Under the pieces are notes generated by a model that was given only the letters and a program-made list of their open reading frames with translations, did no database searches and had not been told where the DNA came from. From Anthoceros angustus (taxonomy: Eukaryota; Plantae; Anthocerotophyta): a stretch of 64,000 nucleotides of DNA. Numbering within the stretch: position 1 is the stretch's first letter; the number at the start of each line of letters is the position of its first letter. Shown one piece after another: positions 11,362 through 23,608 of the stretch. The position numbers were made by a program, and so were the translations under genes. Location: positions 673,370 to 737,369 of the forward strand of contig MU008175.1 of NCBI GenBank assembly GCA_010909165.1. Direction: 5' to 3'.

Positions 11362-13636
11362 TTACTCCTCACTAACCAGAAAACTATGCACCCAACCGCC
11401 ATCGTCTGTCCACCAGCTCTGACCGGGTTGCTTCCATGCCCTCATCCTTTTTCTCCTGGCCTGCATCTGCTGTGCCTGCTCCCACATTTGGGCACTGGTG
11501 TAGATGTTCGACATCAATACATATGCTGAAGCATCGTTCTCCGCCAGCTTCACTGCTTCGTTGAACGCATGGCATCCCACCTCCATGTTGCTCCACTTTC
11601 GACAAGCACCCAACAGGGTGTGCCAAACTGAAGCATTAGGCAATACAGGCATCGATCTTACAAAAGCTAGTGCCTCATCTAGTTGTCCTGCACGGCCCAG
11701 AAGATCCACCATGCATGTGTAGTGGTCTTCCGTTGCAGTAATCCCATAGTCTCTTCTCATGGCCTCAAAGTAGGCCCATCCCTCCTTCACTAGACCACCA
11801 TGACTGCATACTGTTAGTACATGAAGGAACGTGATACCGTTCGGCTGTAAGCCATCCTCTTTCATTCTCTGGGCCAGATCAAACACCGCTTCGGTCTCTC
11901 CTTGAGAAGTGTAGCCTGCAATAAGTGCAGTCCATATGATAACGTTTCTTGCAGACAAAGAATCGAACACCTGCTGTGCATCAGGCATGCTCCCGCACTT
12001 TCCATACATGTCAATCAAACTGCCAGCTACAGACACATCAGCTTGAAGCCCTCGTTCGGTAATCTGTGAATGTAGCTGCTTTCCTAAATCCAAAGCTGCC
12101 ACATTTCCACATGCCTGCAAGAGGCACAAAAATGTTACATGATCCGGTATAGCCATGCCATCTTCTTGCATAGCGCTGTAAAGACGAAGGGCTTCCTGCC
12201 CCATGTCCTGCTGGGAATATCCTGCGATCATGGCAGTCCATATCACCACATTCTTTTTGCCAAGTGCGTCAAACACTCTCCGACCAGCTTCCAAGCTACC
12301 ACACTTTGCATACATGTTCACCAAACTGCTAGCTACAAACACATCAGCTTCGTGTCCTCGTTGTCTGATCTGCACGTGAAGCTGCTTCCCCTTCTCCAAT
12401 GCCAGAGTGCCCACACTTGCACATGCCTGAAGGAGAAAGACGAATGTCATGGCGTCGGGTACAATGATGCCTTCTTCCTGCATTGCACTGTAGAGGCGAA
12501 GGGCTTCCTGGCCCATGCCCTGCTGGGAATATCCTGCTAGCATGGCAGTCCATGTCACCACATCTTTTTCCCCGAGTCCATCGAACACTCTCCGAGCGTC
12601 CTCCAAGCTACCACATTTTGCATACATGTCCACCAGGCAGTTGCAGACGAACAAATCAGGCTCAGCGCCACTGGCCAACACATCAGCATGCACCTGCTGC
12701 CCAGATTTCAGGTCTGCGCCCTTCGAACAAGCCTGAAGAGCTGCCACAAACACATGTCCATCTGGCTTCACTCCGGACCTGCGCATCCGATGATACAGCT
12801 GTATGGCCTGCTTGTCTTGTCGGTATTTCACATGGGCAGAAATAATGGCGGACCAGGTGAAGGCATCTGGTTCAGCAATCACTTCAAACACATCCATCGC
12901 GTCTTGCAACTTGCCATGAGAAGCATACATCCGCAGAATGTGGAAACCCAGGAACGTGTCTGACTGGTACCCCTGCTTCACCGTGACAGCATGGACCCGG
13001 CGACCCAGCCCAAGATCCTTCTTGGCCACACATTTCTTCAGCACAGTGTAAAGCAGAGACTTGGGAACACAACGGTACGCATGCACCTGAAACTGCACCA
13101 GAAGTTCCAAAGCCTCTACTGCCTCAGTCAAAAGCCCCTGATCACATAACTGTCTCGCGGTTTCAGCGGCAACGCCCCCATCGCCACCTGCAGGCCTGCC
13201 AGACTCAGCATCATCCCGTAAGCTTCTGTCTGAGGCACAACGACCCGTCCCCACATGTAGAGCAGCAACCCAACCTGGCTTGGAGCAGTTGTTCAACCAG
13301 AGGACCTCCTGCGACTGTCTGTGCCGCAAGCGTGGACTGACGAACGGATAGAGATCCGTCTCCAGCCATGCATCCCCTTGGACAGGCTGGGTTTCTTGCA
13401 AAGGAGGAGCTGCACCTCCCAAAATGCTTGCGCGGCCACCATTGGTTCCCTGGAGTCAAGCGAGCAGGAACTCTCCATAGAATACCCGTGAACCCACCAC
13501 GTTCTAGAGTCCACGACAACCGCTCCACCAAAGGGTCCTGTTGCCCATTGAGCGACTCAATTGCCACGCTCAGAACCGCCATAGCGATCTCCCTGCGTGC
13601 ACCGATTTCGCAGTTTGCCAACTTCGCTTCGCCCAT
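11362..13636 (-). CDS. PLS-class PPR RNA-editing factor (E1-E2 plus WW-type box, no DYW deaminase). Main ORF 11362..13422; N-terminus probably in another frame, with a frameshift at the run 13374-13377
   Basis: P-L-S triplets (LVDMYAKCGSLEDARRVFD, DVVTWTAMLAGYSQQG), HYTCMVDLLGRAG, E motifs, and an ending of KQPGQSWWTDDGGWVHSFLVSEE*. The upstream frame (FTGILWR...RNPACPR) resembles the N-termini of the two paralogs. Confidence 0.9.
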
Positions 13637-14502
13637 TTGAACGTGGTTCTATCTTTTTGGATTTAGGCTATTTAAAAATAAAACTTCTCAGATACGAACA
13701 TCTCGACATAAAAGGATAACGGAATCGAATTCACGCTTCTCAGGTGTGCAGATGTCCGGACGTGTTATTCCTCTAGAACAAATACTGGTATACGGTCTAA
13801 GGTTTAGTGGACTATAATACAGGTGTTCTCCTTCTATACCAACACGCAACATTTTAGCTCAGGTCTTGCAGCGTTGAGGTTGAAGTGACGCTTCGGTATT
13901 GCGCATGGCGATTATCCGACTGCTAAACGCGATCTCCTAGGTGTCTGAGCTGCGGATTCAACAGGCCAGGCCAGGCCAGGCCCAGGCGGCTTGGGATTCA
14001 ATCAGGGTGACAGTCAGTTAGCTGGTAACTTTTGTCGATGCAGGTGAAGCTTCATCGAGGGACTGGGCGCCTGTGCCAGCCTGCCCTGAATCGATGTGCA
14101 TGTTGGCTCGCTGCCTCTGTGGAGAAACAGAAACCCGAGGTTAGAGCGCTGTCGTCTTGCAGGACAAGCAGACAATGTCTGCACACCTGTAGGCTTCCTC
14201 TGGCATGGACAATAGCCAATAATTTATTTACTCTTCAGATTCTACACTGCATGATTACGTAGCCTGTGATGAGAATGCTGTTGATGGCACCTGCCTTTCA
14301 CAAGCTGTCACAGTCAAGCTCACAGCCTCTCACAGTAGTATGGACGTAAATTGCACGTCCAGATCCTCATGAAACCAGGATAACAACAAGGTGGCACCAA
14401 ATGTGGTCACTCGTAGAGCAAACAAGGAATGAGATAATGGCTTTTCCCCATTAACGACGGAGGATGAACACGCTCCACTTCAGCTGCAGTCAATGACTCA
14501 CC

Positions 14503-14975
14503 TCAGATCTGCCCTTCCCCTAGGGCTTCTACTCCAGTTTGCGTCTTCTTGACATTTTCGATGCCAAAGCAAAAGATGGATCCAATTCGAGCTGCAACCG
14601 CCTCTTCCGTAGTCCCGGAATGGGGCAACATCGCATAGGACCACGTGACAACAGTCGTTCGTGGCTCACCGCCAGGCGTCAACTGAAACCCGCCTCGTAG
14701 TCCTTGATCTTCAGGTTGTTCTCCAGCACCCTATACTTGTAGTGATGCTTCTCATGGTCCAAGCTCACCAGCTGCTCGAAGGCGTAGCTACTACCATCCG
14801 CTTGCCCTACGCGCCGCACAACCCCTACCTCTCCAGGTTGGCCAGAAACCAGAGTCGATTGCATATATGGCAACCATCGGTCAATCCCTACGAAGTCAGA
14901 CGTCAGCTCCTTGCCGATGGGTGCCTTCACCTCATCGATGACTATCAGAGTCCAGATCTTGCTCTCGCCCACCAT
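14503..14975 (-). CDS. START/Bet v 1-superfamily polyketide cyclase/dehydrase-like protein (lachrymatory-factor-synthase-like), one frameshift at 14686-14691
   Basis: MVGESKIW...APIGKELTSDFVGIDRWLP...GEVGVVRRV...FEQLVSLDHEKHHYKYRVLENNL, continuing after a 1-nt shift as FQLTPGGEPRTTVVTWSY...GEGQI*. Confidence 0.75.
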
Positions 14976-15612
14976 TTCGGAGGCCAGCGAGACTGCGCCA
15001 CAGCACAGGGTTCTGCAGAGAGCACACTCACCAACCAAGTGACAGACAAGGAGATCTCTCGCCCACGATTTCGGAGGCCAGCGACACAGTGGCACAGCAG
15101 CGGGTTCTGTAGCGATCACACTCACAAACCAAGTGAAGCGATACAAATTGTTCTTTTTGTAGTGCATCTTCCCTCCAGGCTCAAATTGAGCAATCTTTGT
15201 TGAGAGACTTCCACAGGGGTCCTCGACTCTTACGAGCTTCATTCTTGGTAAGCACCCAATCCCAAGAGGCACCCAACCCATAGGTGCTTGATTACGGAGT
15301 TCCGAAGAAACTCCATGCTACGTGCTATGTGCCCAAGTTGTCGCTTGGACTGAAGCCATACAAATTGTTGAGCTGTTATCACCCAGACACTCATACGGTA
15401 CCATCTCCCATCTGCTACCAATCTTTAGTTCCGGCCTAATGTGTGGACAGTGCCACACAAGCCAAGGGTGATGTTGAACCTAGATAGGGGGCTTAGAGAA
15501 AGATCAACCTAGATGAGCCCACCCCAGAACCGAGACCGCCAAACCTGGGGCCGTATCTGCCTCCGTTAGCACCAGACTTGTCCCCCGTCGCCGTCCCTGC
15601 AAACTACCTCAA

Positions 15613-15699
15613 GGTGACCGGTGATGAAAGTGCGATGACCTTGCTCTGCACTTTCTTCAGCACATTTCCGTACACAAGTTTCTGCTGATCGGTGTTACC
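15613..15699 (+). ncRNA. Candidate box C/D snoRNA
   Basis: C box GTGATGA at 15621-15627 and D box CTGA at 15685-15688. Terminal stem accg/cggt is extendable to ggtga/ttacc, and there is an internal 8-bp stem gaaagtgc/gcactttc. No guide target identified. Confidence 0.3.
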
Positions 15700-16592
15700 G
15701 CATTTTTGTTCATAAAAGTCTCTTATTGCGCATGGATCTGGAACAAAGAAGTGGCACCAATGCTTTTTCTCTGCTCTTAGTGAGCTTGGGGTAAGTTTCT
15801 GAGTGTGAGGTTGGAGATCGATAGCTTTTTGCGAGGTGAAGTTCCAGGTTCCGGGCAGATTGGAAGGTGGAAGTTTAAGGTGGATGTGTCACGATCTGAT
15901 GCGGAGGCCGCTTTTTCTCACTAGGAATCTGGATTCCTGCTGTTAGGAGCCGCAAAGATCATCACAAGAAATTGGGACAAGGAAGGTATGAGAAACAACA
16001 CTCTTTGCTCTGGTCTCCGCCTGTTCGCACCGGTGAATGTCTCCAAAATGGCAAACTGCAGGCCGAACAGACGCTTCCAACCGACCAGCATACTGCGGCT
16101 CGCAATTGCGGCTTGCTGCCTTCAGAGTCCAGCAACGGCATAACACAGAAGAGTATGGAGTCTCTCAGTGGTCCAAAGAATAGACAAACTATGGGAACGA
16201 AAGTTCCAGACAATAAATTTGCTGCAAATAAGCCTCTCTTAGCCACAACGACACGCACAACGTATTAACATCCTGTAAGAACCTTATCCTCTGTAAAACG
16301 CCACCCTACACACATCCCAGAGCTGTAGGAAGACAAGCAATCGAGAACAGACTTTGACAACGGCACTTCCACAATAAACTTTCAAGCTTGAAAGCCTACC
16401 AATATCGGGCTGGCAGAACCAGCCCTTGGCCGGCATGCTTGACACAGCCCTAGCCTATTCAGAAGCATCGTCGGGTCTATCGCAGACAATTAGCTACAGA
16501 CAATAGCTAGAAACAACACAAAGAGCATATACGGCGCCAAGCATGGCTGAGGCAGTTATGGCATATTCCCCGTTCAGTAGCGACCACGAGGG

Positions 16593-16928
16593 CTAACCCC
16601 GTGGAGCCAGACAGGGACAAAAGCTGTGGTACCATTTTTGCTGCACAAGCACCAGAGCATGGACTATATGGTTAATTCAGGCCCGGCAGGAACACTTGCC
16701 AGGCCGCAATCCTGAAACCCCACAGCTTACCTCTGGCTTCTTCTCACGGCCAGGAGTCCTGAACGGGTCCTTTGACTCCGTAGAATACTGAGAACGTCCA
16801 ACCGATCCACCATTAATCTTGTCCTCGCGCGCAATGCCGAAGACTGCAGTGAATTGCTCGGCGGAGTTGGGGTCCCTATCCCACACACCAAACTCGGGCA
16901 CGGCAGGATTGCGTTCCCGCGGAAACAT
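16593..16928 (-). CDS. NOI/RIN4-like small protein; exons 16928-16731 and 16640-16593
   Basis: PAVPEFGVWD (PxFGxW AvrRpt2-cleavage motif) and FTAVFGIAREDK. A 90-nt GT-AG intron precedes the Cys-containing tail QKWYHSFCPCLAPRG*. Confidence 0.85.
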
Positions 16929-17243
16929 GATTGCTGCGTAAAAGTTAGAAGCACCCAAGATCGCGGATTTGGGGTGTCATGTACATGTATATACTTTAGC
17001 TGTGATTAGGTTCTCGTACTAAAGCCCGGCCTAAACCTCCCAACAGCCCGGCTTAAGCATCAGGCTGCTATTCCACTCCGCAGGACCGATTTGTTGGGCG
17101 TCGGGAGCGGGATTGAAGCCGTCCACTCTCAGAGCAATCAGATTGCAGAGGACGGCAGCCACGAATATGGCGTAGTAGTGAAGGAGTGGGCAGGGTTTTT
17201 GTGGTCTTGCGTAGCGATGCACAGGCGCAGGAGCGCGGCCACT

Positions 17244-20200
17244 ATGGGGAAGAGCAAGACGACCGGGGAGGGGCGGTTGGATAGGCTATATTATTTTGTC
17301 AAGGAGCAGGGGTTTAGATCACGTGCCGCCTTCAAGCTGGTGCAGCTGGACAGGAAGTACAGGTTTCTCCGCTCTGCCAGGTCGCTGTTGCATTTGTGTG
17401 CTGCCCCAGGAGGATGGATGCAAGTGGCCACCAAAAACGTGCCTGTGGGGTCTCTGATAGTAGGGGTGGACTTGGTGCCTATCAGGCCCATTCGAGGTGC
17501 TGTCAGTTTGCAGGAACATATTACTACACCCAAGTGCAGGGCAAGTCTGAAGAACATTTTGAAGGAGAAGGGCTATTCTCTGGTTAATGTAGTGCTGCAT
17601 GATGGGTCGCCAAACGTGAGAGGTGCCTGGACCAAGGAGGCGTCATCCCAGGCAGCTCTGGTTGTTGTTTTTGCAGATGTTTCGCTCTAAGGATTACAGC
17701 TCTCTTCATTACGCTTTGAAACAGGTACTCAGCTTGCTGCCCATTCTGGGTGATGTTGGAAGTTTTTAGTAGTAGCTTCATGCTCTATGGAGGTTGCGCA
17801 TAACATTCGATTGCCCTATCCCGGATTTTGGTTTCCGACCTCCTATGTTGTGGAGTATGCAGCTGTTTAGGAAGGTTGAAGTGACTAAGCCTGTAGCGAG
17901 TCGAGCAACCTCCGCTGAGATTGATGTCATTGGGTTGGAGTATAATGCGCCTGCTAAAATTGATCCTCGACTGCTGGATGCTAAGCATCTATTTCAGGAG
18001 ATAGCGGAACCAGTCAAGGTATTGAAGGTCCTGTTTGTCTCCGAAAATAATTGCTAAGGGCATTGGTTTTAAGCGTCTAAAGTCGTTATAGGTGGTCGAT
18101 GTTCTGGCTCCAAACAAGCAAAAGAGGCATCGTGAAGGGTAATTTCTTGAAGCCATTGCTGTCTTGAGCTGGTACCTCTTTATGACGTGATGCAACTTGG
18201 CTGGCAATTTTTTTGCAAATGGCTTGCCTAACTCCTGATCTTAGTGCGTTCCTGCTTTCAGATATGAGGAAGGCAATACTACACTGCGGAAAGAATGTAC
18301 TGCAACAGAGTTCGTCTGGTCTGACAAACCTTTGGACTTGTTGGGGACAGTTACTGCAATCTCTTTCAAAGATGCAGAGTGCTCAGTCATTAAGGATTGT
18401 CTCTCACCAAAGAGGAGGTAGGAAAGAATGGATGTTGGGCTAGTGGCTGTTACAGAGTATTGCTGTTTGTCGGTGTAATTTTGAAGACTTTTCTCAGGCA
18501 TGGTTTTGGTGCTGTGGCAGATATTAATTTGCTGTGAGTATCTGCGCGTACTTGGCAAGCAAGAGTTCAAACAACTCCCGAAGTAAGTGGTGGTAGAGCA
18601 CAGGTACTCCATTTATCATTTGCAGTGGCGTATGTGTTCTGACATTGTTGTGGTTCTGAAGGTGGCGGTTGCAGATAAGGAAAGCCTTGGCCCATCCCGA
18701 AGGAAGTGAGGATGCCAAAAAGGATGTGTCTGAGGATCCCGATGCCGCAGAGGAGGGAGTTTTGGCTCAGATGGAAGAACTAAGGGGACTTATGGAAAGG
18801 AAGAAGAAGCGGCAGAAAAAGTTGTTGCGCTTATCCAGATAGTCCTTCATGATGGGACATATTGGTATACTTGGTATCGACATTCGCTGCATGCAAAATA
18901 TTTGCTCATGGCGAGTTTCCCTTGCAGGCTAAGGCACGTTCTGCAACAGGCATGCAGGTAGATGTGATGGAAGATGTCTATAGAGAAGACCTTTTCTCGC
19001 TGGTGGCAATCAAGGTATATACAAGCCCGGATTTTTTATGATAGCAGCAATAGAGCCTTGTAGGGCCTTACATCTTGGGTGTGTTTGACAGGGGAAAAAG
19101 GACCTGCACACTGTAGAGAACATAGAATCTGCAGATGATGAAGGTTACGACAGTGAAGATAAGATACTGAATGGTGTGCAGCCAGACGCCGAGGATAGTG
19201 ATCTGGATTCCGAAGGGGAGAGGCAGAGGTGTGTGCTTCAGTTGCTCTGATTTTTGGGTCTGGCTTGGTGTGATCACTCACTCGTCTTCTTAGGTCCTGA
19301 CATCTGTTTTGTGTCCTGCCATTTCACACAAGCTTTACTCCACTGTCTTATCTTGCAAGCAGATATGACACTGAACTCGATGAATATTTGGAGCATGCTT
19401 ATGACAAGTTTCGGGCTACTAAGGATGGAAGTACCGAAAGAAGACGACGTGCTAAGCTAGCTGATTTGGAGAAGGATTCAGAGCTTTGGAAGGGCGTCTG
19501 TTGTCTCCTGGGGTGGGCTTCCTGCTGTGGGTTATTCCGATTTGGTGCCATCTGTGTACTGATCCGTCTTGGTTTTTTCTGCAAGAAGATATAGGAGGTA
19601 GTTGTGCACAGGAGTCGCATGATGCCGGCCCTGGTTCAGACCAAGAAGACGAGGATGGGAACCCGTTGGTAGTGCCTCTAGTGTCAAAGGTGAAACCATC
19701 CAAGGAGCAGCTAGCGCGGCCATGGTTCAGCCTAGATGTATTTGCTGGCGTGGACACCGCAAATAAGGCTGAGATCCGTGCGTACGCAAAGCACATGTTC
19801 CGAAAGAAAGGTGCGGAAGACGTTCTGGATGCTGCATACAACAGGTACACCTTCAACGACGATAACCTTCCAAGATGGTTCGCCGAAGATGAAAGAAAAT
19901 ACTCCAGCCCCGGAAGCCTGTTACGAAGGAAGAGGTGGAGGCTATGAAAGCTCGGTTCAGGGGCATGAATGCCCGACCTGTGAAGGAAATGGCGGAGGCA
20001 ATGCCAGGAAGAAGCGACGAGCTCAGAAAAAGTTGGAGCATGTTCGCCAGAAGGCTAGTGCCATAGCAGACCAGACTGATCTTACCCCGAAGTCGAAAAA
20101 CAGCATGATGGACAAACTGTACAAGAAGGCTTTAGCGGCCCCGAAGAAGTCGAAGCGGGAGATTGTGGTGGCCAAGATGAGTGTGGGATCCAAAGGCGGA

Positions 20201-20422
20201 AAGGGCCGGGTGATTGTAGACAGGCGGATGAAGAAGGACACGCGGTCAAGAGGCAGCGGCCCTGTCAAGGGCGGCTTCAAGAGGAAAGGTGTGAAAGTGG
20301 GCGCCGGCAAGGGGCGTAGCAAAGCTGGCGCAAGCAAAGCAGGTGCAGGCAAAGCGGGGGCAAAGCCGAAGGCGGGTGGCAAAGTACGCGGGTCCGGCAG
20401 ACCGCACTCGGGAAGAAAGTGA
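17244..20422 (+). pseudogene. SPB1: SPB1/FTSJ3-type pre-rRNA 2'-O-methyltransferase, probable pseudogene
   Basis: MGKSK...RSRAAFKLVQL...LCAAPGGW...LHDGSPNV, SRATSAEI, and a C-terminal AYNRYTFNDDNLPRWF/ARKKRRA. The segment carrying the catalytic 'FVTK' Lys is missing at about 17665, conserved Asp residues are His (LLHLCAAPGG, QEHIT), and frameshifts occur near 19905 and 20002. Confidence 0.85.
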
Positions 20423-21192
20423 TTCCACTTGTGGACGCAGAGACGACGAGTCCGGATTGTGGGTCACCTACCTTTGCTTTCTTTTATACGCGGTCCGGCC
20501 CTGCATCGTGGCCGCTGCCGGCAGCGTGTGGACGCCCGAGCTGTCGTCGCGAACTCTGTGAAGTCCACCGTTTGTGAGCAGGGTCCTACTGCAAGGTCGG
20601 ACATGGAGATAGTAACCAAAGTTAAACGGCAAATCAGGAACCCGCTCCCGTGTGTTAGAGCTAGTGGCCGGGAAACAGAGAGGCTGCTGGTAGAGCAATC
20701 AGCAGCAAAAGAGAACACCAACACGGAAAAAATATAAAAATTCATCGATTAAAGAAAAAGCAAAAAACAATTATTCGACATCAGGGTGTCCAAAACCGAT
20801 GGCTCCTACGGTGTCAGGCTGAAAGCGAGATGCTGTCAACCTGGATGGTACCAAGTTCGCCTGCATGTTTTTTGCGTTCTCAAGAGGGCCTGACTTAGAG
20901 ATAGTCTAATGGATGGGTTGTCAGGGATGCAGTAGGGTCCATAGTCTTGGAGACTGCACAATGCCACGCCCTTGGCTAGGTTCCTGGTGAGATTGCTAGC
21001 TAGGCTTTGTCTTTGGTGTAAGGACCAACCCTAAGCTGTATGGTATTTGAAAATGAAGTCTCCAATCACTTGTCTCACAAAATGGACAGCGCTGGAACTC
21101 GTCGGGATAATACCATGAGCTGCCTGCATTTCAGTCCTTCTAGGCACTGGGAGTGGCGGCCTACACCTCGCTTGAAATTAATGTAAGATCCT

Positions 21193-21200
21193 AAACCCTA
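21193..21200 (+). promoter_or_regulatory. Telo-box upstream of the F-box gene
   Basis: AAACCCTA about 120 bp upstream of ATG 21319. Confidence 0.4.
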
Positions 21201-21318
21201 AGCCCTACAAATTTGAACTAGATAGGTATTCAACCATTAAAAATCCTCGTTTACGTTCCCGCCTGCGCCCTTCAAAACCTCGAACCCGATTCCAGCAATA
21301 CCACTGCGAGCGTCCAAG

Positions 21319-22558
21319 ATGGATGCGAAGCAGGGCCGCTGGAGCGAGCTGCCGGCTGAGATTGTAGCGAAGATCCAAGCTCGGCTGCCACTGGTGAGCC
21401 TGGTGCGATCGCGTGCGGTGTGCAGGGCGTGGAACGCGGCCGTGGAGGAGTCCTCTGGCTTGTTGCAGGAGCGGCTGGAATCGGGAGCGGGAGCGCGGGA
21501 ATGGATGCTGTTTGTGGCAGGCTTCTGCGAGTCTGGCAAGGCCCTGGCCTCGACCGCCTACGACCCCGCCTCCGACCGCTGGTACAAGCTCCAACTTCCG
21601 CCATGGATGCGAGCCCTACCGAATCGCGCCTCGTTGCAGGCGGTCCCGCTGTCGGAGCTGGAGGCGGGGCATATCGACTGTGGAGCTACCCTGGGCGTCG
21701 GCGGGCGGCGGCGTGCTGCTGGAGCATGTGCAACGGCAGGCGGGGCAGGAGCCGATGATCTTCCCGCACATCGGCAACCCGTTGGCGCGCTCCTGGGCCT
21801 CCTTGCCGGCGTTCCCGGATTTGCTGAACATGGGGGACGTGCGGGGCCTGTTTGTGGACGCCGTGGCGCGCTGTTTCAAGCTGGTGGCGGTAGGGGGGTG
21901 TGAAATGCTCCGAGACTGGCGCCCAGACGGTCCCGTCAGGACGTTTGTGTTCGACTCCGTGCTTGGGAGGTGGAGTGTGGCAACTCACGCCATGGATCCG
22001 TGCGGAGACTTCCACTTCATGGCCGGGCAGGGGGTGTTTGTGGGAACCGTGCTCTACTGCCTCACCCGAGACGGCAATCTGATGGCCTACGATCTGGAGC
22101 GGGCCAGATGGAGCTTGTTGGAGCTGGACAGGCCTGAAAACATCATCAGCATTTTCTACTGCACCCTCGTCCACGTGCGGGACCGGCTGCTTTGCGTGGC
22201 CCTGTTGCGGCATTCTTGGGATTCATGTCTACAGATCTGGGAAATGGACTTCGCGGCCATGGCCTGGACCGTGGTGGAAGACATGCCCGATGCCATCTTC
22301 TCTCACTTCCGAGGAAAAGGCCTGTTTCGCAACTCTACCGGCTTCAGATACAGACCTTCCTTGGACGTGAAGGTTGTGGCGGGCCCGGACGAGGTATACA
22401 TCATGCAGGAAAAGCTGGACAAGATCGTGGCTCTCGATTTGAGACGGACTCCTGCAGCTTGGAGGTGGCTGCCTTCCCTGTCCTACAAGGATTTTGTGAG
22501 GAAGAGCCTTCACTGCTTCGATCCTTGGCTGCAATTCGGCAGTTGGAAACAAGGTTAG
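21319..22558 (+). CDS. F-box protein with kelch-like/beta-propeller C-terminus, intronless, frameshift in the G-run 21666-21669
   Basis: F-box WSELPAEIVAKIQARLPLVSLVRSRAVCRAWN. A second frame gives GNPLARSWASLP, FVFDSVLGRWS, LMAYDLERARW and LQIWEMD. Confidence 0.82.
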
Positions 22559-22608
22559 AAGCAGGAATAAGGTATGGATTACATGTAGGTGTAGCGCTTC
22601 TATCTCCA

Positions 22609-22730
22609 AATTTTGGACCGGCAATTTTGGACGCGCTATTTTGGACAGGAGCAATTTGGACCGGAGCAATTTTGGACAAGAGCAATTTGGACCGGAACAA
22701 TTTTGGACTGGAGCAATTGTGGACAAGAGC
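22609..22730. repeat. Minisatellite of 14-16 bp units (caatt(t)tggacNNNNg), about 8 copies
   Basis: aattttggaccggc / aattttggacgcgc / tattttggacaggagc / aatttggaccggagc and further copies. Confidence 0.85.
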
Positions 22731-23486
22731 TGCATCATTTCTTCCTCCCACACATTTCCATTTCCACAGCAGCAGTGAGCAGCACAAGATCATTGCAGTA
22801 GTACATGGTGGCGCTGATGAAGGGAACGGGGACGGGACATTGTTCAAGTAGAGTTGGTTCCACAAGTAGTCAGGGCAGTGCTCGTCGAATAAGTTCTGCA
22901 CTCTTACTTTTATGTGGCCTCAGGTATTTGCTCCTCTCCTGATTAAAATGCCGGAAATTATGCCGGAAACCCTGTGAAGGTGGATGACATTTCGAGGCAC
23001 CGGCATCATCTGTACGTTAGGCTTGAACCAGAAAACTTGTTACCTTGCCGATCGTGCTAAAAGCTCAATCTGACAATCCACAATGACGGCCAGTCAAAAT
23101 GTACAGCAACTGTTACGTCAGCTCAGTGTGTATGAATAGCCATACCCTGGACCCGATATCCACCTCCTTCACTCCACCATACACTGGAGGACAATCCCTT
23201 ACTCCACCATATACAAGAGGACAATCATTGTCCTCCCAGGCGAAAAAAAATCAGAGGCTGATGTGAGACATGGCAGGGAGCTGAAGTAGAGGAGGATGAA
23301 TTCGCAAATGGATTAAAATCAGAAAACAAAAGCATTCAACCAAAAAACCCTTGGGGTCTCCCTTTCAAGTCCTTAAGTAGATGGGTTCGCCCATCTCCTC
23401 TGTCCTTGATAAAAGCTATACCGAAAAACACTCCTTATGTTCCCGATTGCTGTTTGCTCCGCATGTATAAAGAGTGCATGCTGGTA

Positions 23487-23608
23487 CGATGCTCTTCGGA
23501 GTCGAATTGCAACTACATAGGTACTCTAAAGACTTCCTCGGGTCGATTTACTGGCCGAAGATATTCTCCGAGACTTGCCGAAGTCTCGTGACGGTGGATT
23601 CGGTTTTT
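23487..23608 (+). ncRNA. Candidate small structured RNA (possible Pol III transcript)
   Basis: TATAAA at 23466, a cUUCGg hairpin at about 23491-23502, an 8-bp hairpin cgagactt-gccg-aagtctcg at 23569-23588 enclosed by gccgaa/ttcggt, and a T5 run at 23604-23608. Confidence 0.25.
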
